Source of the DNA: Reclinomonas americana ATCC 50394
Taxonomy: Eukaryota
DNA: 45,511 bases
Direction of reading: 5' to 3'
NCBI GenBank assembly: GCA_048213135.1
Contig: PS015072.1
Span: forward strand, 259,403-304,913
Every line of letters starts with the position of its first letter. Position 1 is the stretch's first letter. Under the pieces are notes generated by a model. It had not been told where the DNA came from, searched no databases, and saw only the letters and a list, made by a program, of their open reading frames with translations. The translations under genes were made by a program, and so were the position numbers. Positions 1 to 12,378 of the stretch are shown here, piece after piece.

Positions 1-110
1 CGTACTACGTACGTCTCCTTCCGTCCGTCCGTCCGTCCGTCCGTCGTCCGTCCGTCCGTCCCGTCCCGTACCGTACTACGTACGTACTACTCGTCGTCTC
101 TCTACTCGTC

Positions 111-167
<57 letters not shown>

Positions 168-464
168 TGTTTCCCTTCGTTCTCTCTTTTTAACGTTACG
201 GTCTATCACACCTCTCCCACCAAGTCGCAGACTCTCTCCGTTCCTCTCTCGCTCCCACTTCGCGCTACTGCTTCTCTCCCTTGTCACTGCCTCTCTATTC
301 ATGCCCTGCGCATCTTTCTCTCTCTGCATGTCACAGTCGTTCTCTCTTCCTGTCGCTCCAGTTTGTGTTTCCCTTATTGTCTGCATCCATTCGCTCCAAC
401 GTCTCCCTCTCTCGCATCCCCATCCCACTCTCTCCCTCCCCACTCCTTGTTCCTCCCATCGTGA

Positions 465-1334
465 TCACTCACCAATGGCCATCAAGCAAACAGCCACATA
501 CTTCTGCGTGTTGCTCCACCGCGTGCACAACTCGTACGTCCCCGAACTCGCACCAGCAGCGTTGATGGTGATAACAATCTGCGTGGCATTCGTGAACGAG
601 CTGGTGATGCTGGTGCTGGCGACACTGGTCGGCGGGTTGCCGGCCCAGCAGCGCGGCGCGGCAAGCACGAACGCCGACGAGTCGCCAGAGTTGTTCACCA
701 TGTTGGTGCCCGTCAGTGTCACCACCTGAGCCGCCGCGGCACTGATCGAGGTCGTCGAGGTGGACGTCACCGCCACTGTGACAACAACGAAGTGAGCTCG
801 CTGTAGCGAATATGATGTGAGGCAAGCAACACTGACCAGCGGCAATCGTCAGCGTCTGCGAGAAACTCATCGCCGGAACTCCATTGTCGGTGGTGCTCAC
901 AGTCACTACAAACGACTGCTGAATGCTGTCGGCCACCGTCCACGTCAGCTGACTGCCGGAGACGGAAAAGCTGCTCGCATTCGCGCCGCCGGTGATCGCG
1001 TATGTGAAACTCTGGTTCGCGTTTGGATCGGTGGTTGCCAGTGTGACGGCCACCGCTCCAATCGCCGTGGGTGGCGCGTACGCCGCCGGGCTGAACGTGA
1101 TGGCCGTCGGTGCATCGTTCACTGCGATACACGCGGGTATACGGTGTGTGAACCGTGACCAATGGGAATGCGAGAGCACACACCCATTCTCTCTCTCCCT
1201 CCCTTATTCTCTTCTCCCATTCTCATTCTTCTTACTCTCCCTCTCCCTTTTTCTCTTCACCCATTCTCATTCTTCTTTCTCTCCCTCTCCCTTATTCTCT
1301 TCACCCATTCTCACACTTCTTGCTCTCCCTCTCG

Positions 1335-1372
<38 letters not shown>

Positions 1373-3778
1373 CCCCCTCTCTTCTCTGATTGAGTACCTG
1401 ATGTGACGGTGAACGACTTGTTGAACGACAGCGCACCGCTGTCGGTCGTGCTCAGCGTCACTGACAGGGAGGCCGTCGTTTGACCAGCCGCCGTGATCAC
1501 CAACTGCGAGTTGGACACGATAGAGAACACGCCGGCCGGCGTGCTGCTGACCACCGCATACGTGAACGTGTCGCCGACATCCGGGTCCACCGAGCTGAGC
1601 GTGCAGATCACCGTGTTGGCCGTCGACGGCGCCACATACGTGGTCGTCGAGCATCCAACGTCGGTGGGCGCACTGTTGTTGGTCGACGGCGTCGTGAAGG
1701 ATAGTGGAGCGCCGCTGTACGCCAAGCCCGAGGCTGTGCCCAGCGCGCGGAAGTAGTACTTGGTGCCGAGGGTGAGCGAGCTGATAGCGGCAGATATCGA
1801 AACGTTGGAGGAGCCGGTGGCCGTGGCCGGCGTGGCCGCCACCGTCGACGACGGACCGAGAGTGAGGCGTCGGATGGTGTTGTCGAGTTGATCTGCAACA
1901 AATACAAGAGTTAGCGACCAACAACTGCCTCACACGCTGGCTGCAGCACGTACCGGCAACAAGCAGGGAAGCATTCGCGGGGTCCCAAGTCAGCCAATAC
2001 TGCATGATCGTGGAATAGTCATGAGCAAAAACACATAGGACATGTGAGTTGGCACCATGACGCCTCATCGACTTACTATGCTTGTATTGAATGCATTTGT
2101 GGTCAACGCAGCGCCAGTGGCTGCTCCCAAGGTGCCTGTGCCGGCGATCTTGGTAATCGTGCTGGCGTTCAGGTCAATCTGCCGAATGGTATAGCTTCGC
2201 TGTGCATGACAGGAATCGCAAAACGTGAAAACCGTGGTGACAGTGCAGTTACTACTCCACAGCGGTCGAGTACTCAACGCCAGCAACGTAGAGCACATTC
2301 AGATCTGCGTTGTAGGCAATGGCTTGTGGTTGCTGGATCGTGGCCATATTTACTGCAGGAGCACGCAAGCAGATGAGACGAAGACCGGTGCATCAACAAC
2401 TCAAGCAACCATAAAAAGCAACGCAACGCGGTCCGTCATTGGAACCTGCCGTATTGGTGCCCGCGAGCGTGGACACGTTGCTTCCTGCAATGTCGAATAT
2501 GCGAATTCTCTGGGCGGACGTACGGAATGGTTGAACGACGTGGCGCACAAGCACACGCGCAAGCAGACACACGCAAGTGTTCGCACATTGTTACTTTTGT
2601 CGGCGATCCACAAAATGGTAGCGCTGGAATTTAGCGCCGTTTGACACGGCGCACTGAACTTGGCGGTGGTGAGTGCGTTGCCGTCTGCAAACCCACCCGT
2701 TGATCCTGCGACGGTGGTCACGACGGCGCCAGGAAGTGTAACCTGTGATGAGAGTCAGATACCGGGAAATGTGGTCTCGTCTACTTGTCCACCGCAGTAC
2801 CTTGCGACTGCACAAGTGATGCACGTGACGGGTGTTAGTGCTGATGCTTGCCTGCAACGGGACGAAGACAGAGATGTGCATGTCACGTAACATAGTGTTG
2901 CCAAAGGCTTCCGAGACGTACATCACCGAGTTGGCTTCGTCAACACTGACACCCGATGGGCCATAGAACCCCGCACTGCTTCCAGTACCATCGGTAGCCG
3001 AGGCTGCACTGCCGCAGGTGCCAGCAAGCGTGGTCACCTGGGTGGTGGCTATGTTCACGACACGGATGCAGTTGTTGGAGTTGTCGGCCACGTAGATCAA
3101 GCCACTGGAGGTGCATTCTATGCCCCGGGGACTGCAGATCATGAAGGTACACGCACACCACGAGTTCAGTGACGAGAGGAAACGGTGCACTCTTAAGCTT
3201 GCTGTTCAGGCACGTACCCCTTGAAGAATGCGCCAGTGCCGTACCCGTCAGCGCTGCCGGATGTAGTACTCCCGGCAAAGGTGACAACGTATCCGTTCTG
3301 AAACACTCGGCGAATAGTATTCGACCTTTTTGACACGTGGCGCACACACGTATGTGCACAGGTGAGTGCGAGACTGGTGGTGGACGGCACACGACTACTA
3401 CAAACGCACTGAACGCTTGAGACATACAAGTCTCCCGAGTTGCGGTCCATACACATTCCTTGTATCGAGTACAACGTAGCCGTTCCGAGGGCACCATCTC
3501 CGATGCCGGACGTCAGACTCCTGCCGGCATAGATGGACACCGCGGCGCTGGCGTACGAGGACTGTGTGGTGCCGTAGGTGAACGAGTTGGTGAGACCGCC
3601 GGCCACATTGTTGGCGTTGGCAGAGCCTTGCAGCGTGGCGGAGGTGGTCAACACGCTGGTGGCCGCCGAGGTCGTCACTGTCTGAGCCACTGCGAGTGAA
3701 ACAAGCAAGGACACAGTGAGTCACGGATAATCAATTCACAATGACCACAGCAGGAAAGGCACCAGACACACGCGCATT

Positions 3779-3815
<37 letters not shown>

Positions 3816-3982
3816 GAGAGCATACACACACAAAAAAACATTCGCTCATGTCCGCGCAGCGCGCGCGAACGCACATGTCCACTCAGAACACGCGAACACA
3901 AACACTCACCAGCACACAGTGCACATGCGTTCAGCGCGACGGCGAACACCAGGAGCACCAACAGTGACCCACGCCCACGCAT
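465..3982 (-). CDS. Multi-exon secreted protein: signal peptide, NHL-repeat propeller, FN3-like domain, two cadherin-like domains and a C-terminal beta domain
   Basis: ATG 3982 starts MRGRGSLLVLLVFAVALNACALCA (signal peptide), exon 1 3910-3982, acceptor at 3690. NHL-type repeats: SPRGIECTSSGLIYVADNSNNCIR, FYGPSGVSVDEANSVMYVSE, VTTVAGSTGGFADG. FN3-like LTLGTKYYFRA. Cadherin-like NSAPTD...VDPDVGDTFTY...TTDSG (1400-1680) and VNDAPT...TDPNANQSFTY...TTDNG (840-1120). Stop at 465; no TM helix seen. Confidence 0.8.
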
Positions 3983-4931
3983 TTGTCGTCGTGCGCCCAG
4001 AGAGAGAAACAAAACGGGCAAAAACGAGAGCAACTGAAATGCGCGGGAAATGTTTACGGATCGAGTGAATGGCTTGCATCAACACTTGACCAACGGGCAG
4101 TATTGTCTCGTCGCAGCTGGCCAACTGCAAGGCATTCGGATCTGTGAGAGGGGACGGGGAAGAGGTCGAGCGAGTGAGGAAGACCATGAGCACGTTTCAG
4201 TGTCCACGACTTCCCTCCGTGGAACATAAACATGACGCGGTCGCAAAGAAGACAGTGGAGGAACACGAGAAGGTAATGGATCAGAAATGCAAGGGCAGCA
4301 AAAAGAAAGATCAGTGAGGCCTGGCAAGCTCCTCTGCCGGTTTCCCTCTCCAACGCCCGCATGCACTCACCTCACTAACCATTAGCGCCACTGCACGATA
4401 TGAGACTCTGTGAACATCAAGCGGAAGATAGGGGGCACAGAGCGCAGCGTAGTTTCCACTCACCTCTGCATTCTCCACAGCCGCATGGCCAGTTGCGTGG
4501 ACAGACTGAGCAGCCGCCGTTGCGCGTGCCATCGGCGAGTGCGCGAGCTCGAAAGTCGACAACACGTTGCTCACTCGCCTCTGGAGTCTCAGAGTGGAGG
4601 CGGCACATGCTTGATGTCGCAATGAGCGTTCTGGAACTCGAGGAGCGCGACGCCAAGCGCCACCAGCTGGGGGGTTAGAATGTGTGGCATGATGGTCCTG
4701 CACTCGAGTGAGAGATGCAGAGTGGAACGAGAATGGAGAGGTCACGCGCGACGAAACTCGAAAGTACGCATGCAAAGATTCACATTTCGTCTCTCACCTT
4801 CAGATTCCCTCCCATTCCTCGATCCCTCTCGCCTCGCTGAGTGTCAAATACTTTCACACCTTCCGCAAACGCATCTCCACTCCTTCGTTTACCAGTCCTT
4901 CCGCTCCCCGCCCCTTCCCCTTTCCATCCCC

Positions 4932-6092
4932 TCACAAAAACTGCCTCTCCTCCGCCCACTTGCGCACCACAAGTCGCGCCTCCTCCACCATAAAACACCG
5001 CAACACAAACTCCACCAGCAACCGCTCTTCTTCCTCCTCCTCCTCCTCCTCCTCCTCTTCGCCCTCTTCCTCTGGCGGCTCCCACCTCTCCAGCAGCATC
5101 TGCTTCACCCACAGCAACGCCTCGTCGGCACACTGCAGTTCACGCCGTGCCATTCCGTACATGGTGGACCACAGCACCACCGCGCATCTCGTCGGGCTGC
5201 TGCTCACAATGTGCTGCCCGTCGCGGGATATCGCCACCGAGTACACCGGCTGCCCCGCGTGACCCTCCAGCCGTCGCACCTCCTCGCCACTCTCCAGCGC
5301 CCACACGCGCACCGTGCCATCACCACTGCCACTCACCGCATGCCGCCCATTCGGAGTAACCGCGAGCGACAACACCGCCCCCGTATGACCACGCAAGCAT
5401 CGCTCCTGCTTGCCACTCGCCAGCGACCACACGCGAACGACATCGTCCCAGCCGCCACTCAACACACGTCGCCCGCACGGAGTCACCGCCACCGCCTGCA
5501 CACTGCGCGTGTGCCCCACCAGTCGACGCACCTCCTCGCCTGTCTGCATCGACCACACTCGCACACTCGCATCCCAGCTGCCGCTCACCACCAGCGCACC
5601 ATCGGGCGTCACCGCCACCCCGCACACGCGATCCGTGTGACCCGTCAGTCGATGAACCCAGCTGCTGCCTCGCGACGACAGCAGAGACCACACTTTCACA
5701 GAGCAGTCGCCGCCTCCACTGACCACATACTGCGCGTCGGCTGTCACCGCGACACAGAACACCTCGGCAAAGTGGCCGCCGAGCACCCACTGCTCGCCAC
5801 TCTCCACGGCCCACACGCGCACTGACTCATCGCTGCTGGCGGAGACAATGAGGCGCCCGTCGCTTGAGACGCACACCGCGGCTATGTCGTCGGTGTGGCC
5901 CTCCAGGCGACGCATCTCCGCCGCGGGTGACGGAGAGAGCGACCACATGCACACTGTGCGGTTCCAGTTGCCGCCGACAATGTGGTGTCCGTCGGGGGTG
6001 AAGGTGACGCAGAGGCCGCCTCCTTTGCGCTGGTCGTCGTCGTCGTTGTCGGCAGCAGGAGTGATGCGCGTGCAGTGGAAGTCGGCGGTCAT
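4932..6092 (-). CDS. WD40-repeat protein, apparently single exon, with poly-Glu and a short helical C-terminus
   Basis: About 7 repeats of GH..V..VAV.PDG..VVSGS.D.SVRVW in ORF 4932..6509. Likely start is ATG 6092 (MTADFH); the upstream part of the ORF crosses an (AG)n tract. Confidence 0.85.
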   Translation of the reverse strand: MTADFHCTRITPAADNDDDDQRKGGGLCVTFTPDGHHIVGGNWNRTVCMWSLSPSPAAEMRRLEGHTDDIAAVCVSSDGRLIVSASSDESVRVWAVESGEQWVLGGHFAEVFCVAVTADAQYVVSGGGDCSVKVWSLLSSRGSSWVHRLTGHTDRVCGVAVTPDGALVVSGSWDASVRVWSMQTGEEVRRLVGHTRSVQAVAVTPCGRRVLSGGWDDVVRVWSLASGKQERCLRGHTGAVLSLAVTPNGRHAVSGSGDGTVRVWALESGEEVRRLEGHAGQPVYSVAISRDGQHIVSSSPTRCAVVLWSTMYGMARRELQCADEALLWVKQMLLERWEPPEEEGEEEEEEEEEEEERLLVEFVLRCFMVEEARLVVRKWAEERQFL

Positions 6093-6702
6093 TTGAAATG
6101 AGGAGAGAGAGAGAGAGAGAGGGCGGTGTCCCGCCCATTTGGAGAATGGCGAGAGTGTCTCTGTACTTGTGCACTTTGCTTGGAAAGAGTTGTGCATGCC
6201 CCTTTGCACAGCCGCAGGAAGAGCAATCCTGGCTATGGTCTGCAACGTCGACGTCGACTCTAGATCTTCCTTGTCGCGCTCCTGCAATGTTCTGGTGCCT
6301 TGAGAGTCCAGGTCTGTAGAAAACACGAGGCGACCTGCGCGTCTCTCAGCCTGTACGGAGCTGCTGGTGCTCCACTCGCTGCCTAAAAGCTTCGACGTCG
6401 ACGAACTGTACTTCGACGTCCGTTTCTTCCTTTTGCAGAGAAAAGGATCCAAAAGGGCACCAACGCAACGGACCTGGTGTATAGTGTCCCGGGTGAGCTG
6501 CGTACACACGCCGCCGTTCGACCAGGAGCTCAGTTTCCGACAGGACGCTGATCATTTGCATAAAAAGGTTTCAACTCGCTGTCTCTCTCTGTCTTCTTCA
6601 CTCTTCACTTTCCATCCTCTGTACTATCTCGCTCGTTTCTCTTCCGCTCCCTTCGCGATGTGTTGTCCGCCGGAAACCAATGTGTCACAATAACACGACA
6701 AA

Positions 6703-8421
6703 ATGAAACCTCCGCCCGCCGACCTCGCCACCACTCTCCGCGCAATGCGTCTCAGCGGGGACGCCATCGCTCCCGCCATCGAGCTGCTCGCCACGCACCT
6801 GCCTCCGAACTCCGACGCCGCCTCTTCACCTTCCTCAGCTGCTGCTGACGTCGACGCCAACGATGCCGCCTCTGCTGCCTCTGGATCAGCTCCGCCCGTC
6901 ACCATGCACCTCTCGCAGCGCACAGAGACACAGCTCATCGAGTGCCTCCAGTCGTGGACAGTGGACGCCATCATCGAGGCGGCGCGAGTCCGCGCGCTGG
7001 AGACGTCGCCGCATTGTCTCGTGCCCGCGGCCTCGGCCCTGCTGCGCTCCGCCATGCGCGTGCACACGGACAGCGAATCGGCCGCCAATTTGCAACTGGA
7101 GCTGGTGTGCACCATGGCGTGGCGCGTGTCCTCGCAGAACTACGAAAGCGGCTTTGTCGTCGAGCTGAACAAGCTTCCCGCGCAATTGCCGAGCGAGGTG
7201 GCCTCGTGTCGTGTGCTGCTCGCGCGCGCTCTGGCGCATCTGTACGCCAATGGACCGAAGCAGGCGGTGAAGGCGTGGCAGGATGCGCGCGAGGCCAATC
7301 ATCGCGTTGTATTGCGATTACATCAGGAACCGGCGGAGCTGTATGTGGCCGCCCAGACGCTGATGTTGTGGGCGCTGTTGGAGCAGGGACAGGTGCCGCA
7401 GGCGGCGGATATGGTCGTGCAGGTGGAGGGGGTGTGTAAGCAGTCGGGGTTGCCGAATTGGAACGAGTGGATGTTGTTGGCGTTGGCGCAGCGGACGCGC
7501 TTGGCGTGTGCGCGGGAGCAGTTTGTGGTGGCCGATGATCTGGCCGTTTGCGGTCTGCAGGGCTGCTTGACGTTGCAGGAGGCGCGTCGGCATGTGCCGC
7601 AGCGTATGTGGACGTGGTTCGAAAAGTCGTTGGTGCATGCCAGGGAGAGGCAGGGGAAGGAGCCGCCGCAGTTGCCAAGTTGAGTGGAGGGGCGTAATGG
7701 GAGAAGGGGGAAAGGGGGAGGGGGGAGAAGGGGAAGGGGAGAAAGGGAGAGGGAGAGTGGGAAAAAGGAGGGAGAGGGAGGTGTGTGCTTGTCGTTTATT
7801 GTTTCTTTTTTGTTTCTTCCTTGTTGCTTTCTTGCTTTCGTCGATGATGTGCTCTCCATGATGCTGTCAGTGTCAAGCGTTGTTGAATAGAGGAAGGGAA
7901 GGAAGGATGGTGCGGTTATCTTTCTTTGTTCTTCTTGTTTGCCTACCACCTTTCCTCTGCTTCTTGTGGTGGTTCGCTCACTCTGTTACTGTGCGTTTCA
8001 TGCTGCTCCTCCTCTCCACACTCTCCCTTTTCCTCATTTGCTCCTCCCGTCGTTCACGCACGGCAGACCGCCCCCGCCCGCTGTCTCGAAGTGTCGATTC
8101 TCCGGTGGTCGGCGACCCGAACTCGCCGGGGACTCTCTTTCCCGGTGGCACTCGTCGAGCATCCACCCCTACTTCCTCTTCCGCCTCCGCCGGCGCCGCT
8201 GCTGCCGCTGGTGCGATTGCCGAGGTCGACGAGCTGCGCGAGCGCTTGCATCAGATGCAGGCCGAGTTACAGCGGCTGCGAAGCGAAGTGTTCGTGGAGC
8301 ACACCGGCAGAATCACCGCCGAGCAGCAGGCGGCAACGCTGCAGGGCTTGCTCACTGCAGAAAAAGAGCGCGTTGTCGGGCTCAACGAGACGCTGGATCG
8401 CTATGGTGAGTAGCGTCGTTG

Positions 8422-8506
<85 letters not shown>

Positions 8507-11188
8507 CATGGTGTTGTGCGCCGCTGACTCTAAAACCTCGCCAGGCCGCATTCGCCCTGTGCAACTCACCTGGGACAACATCATTGATATTACCCGCGAC
8601 TTTGCCGACTTGGTGGGTGAAGGCGGCGCCGGCAAGGTCTACTGGGGTACGATGGCCGGCAAGAAGGTAGTGGTGAAGCGCTTCGACAAGCAGGCTCCGT
8701 GGGGCGAGGAGTCGTTCCGGGTGGAGGTTTGTGTTGGATGGAGAAAGGGGGTTCTTTGCATGTTGTTTTGTTTGCTAACCATGCAGCAGCGCTCCATGCT
8801 CGCCCAATTCAACCACATTCCCGGCATTGTGCGCATGCTCGGCTACGCCATGTCCGACGACCACGATCAGTGCATTGTGCTGGAGGCCATGAGGTGCACA
8901 AGGGTGTGAGAGGGAGAGAGGGAGGAGTAAGACATCTTCACTGACTGAATATGCAATCGCCAGTCCGCATAACCTGGAGCACCGTCTCTTTGATCGCGAG
9001 AGTTCGATGACGATTCTGGAGCGCATGAGACACATGTATCGCCTTGTCAAGATCATTGTCAGATTGCACCAGTTGCGTGCGAGTTGTTGTGACTCGTGCT
9101 GACTTGCTGTTGTTCCTCACGCTTGCGATGATAATGAATGTTTGCAGGGAGGTTTCGTGCCACGTGTCCTTCTCGTCTTATCCCTTTTTGTTTCCTCACC
9201 GTCGTGCTCCACATGGCTTGCATTCACCTCACAGCATGGTTGGTTTTTCACTCCAGCTCTCTGCATGGCTGCTCCATTTTTTCTCACTCCTGTTGCTCGT
9301 GCAGGAATTCATCGCGACCTCAAGCCGGCCAACATCCTGTTTGACGACGCAGGCCGACTGCATGTCGCCGACCTCGGCATTGCTCAGCTCATGAACGACC
9401 CGAAAAAGGTTCTCCTTTCTCTGTCTCCAAGGGGAAGAGAAGGGGAAGGGAAAGGGCAAAGAGGGAAAAGGAGTGAGAAGTAGGGAAAAGGAGGGAGGAG
9501 GAGAGAGAGAAAGGAGAAAGAGGGAGAAAGAGGAGGGAGAGACAGACTCAGAAGCCGAGGGAAGCAAGAGACACACACAGACAGAGGCGACAGCTCTCTT
9601 CCCCTTCTCTTCCCCTTCTCATCCCCCTTTCCCCCTTCTCTTCCCCCTTCCATTCCCCCTTCTCTTCCCCTTCCATTCCCCCTTCTCTTCCCCTTCCATT
9701 CCCCTTCTCTTCCCCCTCTCTTTCCCCCTTCTCTTCCCCCTTCTTTTTCCCTCTTCCTTCTTCACGTTCCACCTTGTCTTCCCCCTGTTCCTTTCCCCTC
9801 TCACACACCCCTTTCTCCCCTCCCCTTCNNNNNNNNNNNNNNNNNNNNNNNNNNNNNNNNNNNNNNNNNNNNNNNNNNNNNNNNNNNNNNNNNNNNNNNN
9901 NNNNNNNNNNNNNNNNNNNNNNNNNNNNNNNNNNNNNNNNNNNNNNNNNNNNNNNNNNNNNNNNNNNNNNNNNNNNNNNNNNNNNNNNNNNNNNNNNNNN
10001 NNNNNNNNNNNNNNNNNNNNNNNNNNNNNNNNNNNNNNNNNNNNNNNNNNNNNNNNNNNNNNNNNNNNNNNNNNNNNNNNNNNNNNNNNNNNNNNNNNNN
10101 NNNNNNNNNNNNNNNNNNNNNNNNNNNNNNNNNNNNNNNNNNNNNNNNNNNNNNNNNNNNNNNNNNNNNNNNNNNNNNNNNNNNNNNNNNNNNNNNNNNN
10201 NNNNNNNNNNNNNNNNNNNNNNNNNNNNNNNNNNNNNNNNNNNNNNNNNNNNNNNNNNNNNNNNNNNNNNNNNNNNNNNNNNNNNNNNNNNNNNNNNNNN
10301 NNNNNNNNNNNNNNNNNNNNNNNNNNNNNNNNNNNNNNNNNNNNNNNNNNNNNNNNNNNNNNNNNNNNNNNNNNNNNNNNNNNNNNNNNNNNNNNNNNNN
10401 NNNNNNNNNNNNNNNNNNNNNNNNNNNNNNNNNNNNNNNNNNNNNNNNNNNNNNNNNTCTTCCTTCTTTACCTTCCCCCTTCACCTTCCCCCTTCTCTCC
10501 CCTTCTCCTTCCTCTTCTCCTTCCCCCTTCTCTCTCCGTCCTCCATCCCCCTTCTCTCCCCCTTCTCCTTCCCCCTTTCCCCCCTCCTCGTCCCCCTCCT
10601 CTTCTCCCTCTCCCTTCGCCCTTCTCATTCCCCTCACTTGACCTCCTCCACAGACATACGTACGCACCGACGTCCAAGCCGACTGGCAGTACCTCGACCC
10701 GTCGGCACGCGGAGGAATGCTGCGCAAAGCCTACGACGTCTACACCATCGGTCTCATCCTCATGCAAGTCTTCACCGGCCTCGACATCACCTCGGTGCAC
10801 ACCTATCTCGACCACCTCCGCGATCTGGATCTGCTCGGCAGCCGGGATCCGAGCCACAAGGCTGAGTATCTGCATGTCTGCCGCGAGCTCGGCGACAAAT
10901 CTTCGTCGGATGTGTGGCCGATCAGCATGAAGGAGGAAATTGTGGCACTGGCCCTCCAGTTGCGGCGTGCGCTCTGCGGTGTGTGTGTGCCTCTCTTTTG
11001 GCACTCATTCTCTTGATCTCTCTCTCAGATGCACCGACCCGAACCACCACAACCGCCCCACCAGTGAGGAACTGCTGAGGTCTCTCGCCGCGCTGAAGAA
11101 GCGCTCCATGGAGATAGTATGCGCCGTGTGCGATGAGGTTCTCACGCACGATGCACGATGTCGCACCTGCATGAGGCGCGGACTGTGA
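6703..11188 (+). CDS. Multi-exon IRAK/Pelle/RLK-like (TKL) protein kinase with a helical N-terminal domain and coiled coil
   Basis: Kinase motifs LVGEGGAGKVYWG, VVVKRF, SFRVE, GIHRDLKPANILFD, ADLGIA, YLDPS, YDVYTIGLIL, NRPT. It has the Pelle/RLK-typical lead-in LTWDNIIDITRDF. Exon 6703-7678 (phase-1 donor GTTGAG) joins the acceptor at 8066 in frame; further exons start at 8545, 9305, 10654 and 11029. The C-terminus has CxxC...CxxC. One intron spans an N gap. Confidence 0.8.
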
Positions 11189-12378
11189 AACAGCAGTCCG
11201 CAGAGAGGCGACCTGTTGAGGAAAAACAATGCACCGCAATGCGTGTTTCGACGTTTCCTTGGCTTTGCTAGAGGAGAAGCAGCCGTGTCGGAAGAAGCAG
11301 GCTCTTCTTGCGTTGGGGAGTTTGACAAGCCGGCCGGTTGATTTTTATGTTTTGCTTGGCGCTGCGGTACGTGGTGGGCTGTCGAGAAGAGCAGAGACAA
11401 CAGCTGTCTTGATGACCAAGTCCACCCACCTGCAGATTAGGCGACTGAAATCACCAGCAGTTGGCTGTCGCGGCTTCAAAAACATGCATCTGCTGACGAC
11501 GTGCTGAACAAGTGGACTGCGAGTGCTTCAGAAAGACCGAACGACTGTCACCAGCAGTCACAGGGCTGAACTGTACGACAAGCATGCATGTGCATTGGCC
11601 ATGGGTTGCATCATTGCATTGGTGCCAATGCTGAATTTGAGCCGGTCGCGGCGCCTCAACGGTGGACTGTCAAGGCTTCGCAAAGGCTGACTACTCTCAT
11701 CTGCAGGTATGCACACACGTCTCATGATCGATTGCAACGCTCCAAAAAAGGCCATGGCCAAAAAAAGCACTTGCAAGAACTGATCATGACTAGTACTGTG
11801 CAGTTCTTCAATGATGCACGGGCTTGTGGGTACCAGACACTCGCAGCGTGCAGTCTCCATGCAGATGGTTTACGAGTCGAGAGGTGTGCGTGAGTCACTA
11901 GATTCTAATATGCATTTCCATTTCGCATTCGATTTTCTCCGCTTTGCGCGCCAGTTGAGTGTGGTTTTCCCTTCTTCGTCGCTCATGATGCATTTGTCAT
12001 GAGCGACAACACACTCACTGCATATTCGTTCGCCTCTCTCCCTTGGCACAGAGAGACACACACACGCGCGCACACACACTCTTTGCATAATGTCTCTTTT
12101 CACTCACTGCGCGTGCACACACAAGCGGCTCTCTCTTGTCACCCACTCTCCTGTCACGCACTCTCTTCTGTGCGCACGTATCTCTCTCTCTGTGGGTGTG
12201 TCTCTCTGCATGTGTGTGCATGCGTGCGTGTGTGTGATGAGACACGCACGCAACCGACTTCACCAATACACATTATAGAAAACAAGAATATATAATTATC
12301 CCGCAATTTGCATGCTTCTGGACTCATGCATTAGCACTCTCTCACGCGCAGCACACGGTCAACCACACACACACGAGA

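Noticed and set aside
1-111. TACG/CGTC low-complexity sequence, also at 24470-24621 and 24825-24955
   Set aside because: It sits beside gaps or microsatellites and mirrors the TACG flow order of pyrosequencing, so it is most likely read-end artefact.
6703-7683. Standalone 326-aa gene
   Set aside because: A phase-compatible donor just before the stop and a typical intron link it to the kinase exons, which otherwise lack a start.
11229-11893. Short ORFs between the kinase and GH113 genes
   Set aside because: No recognisable domain or consistent exon chain.
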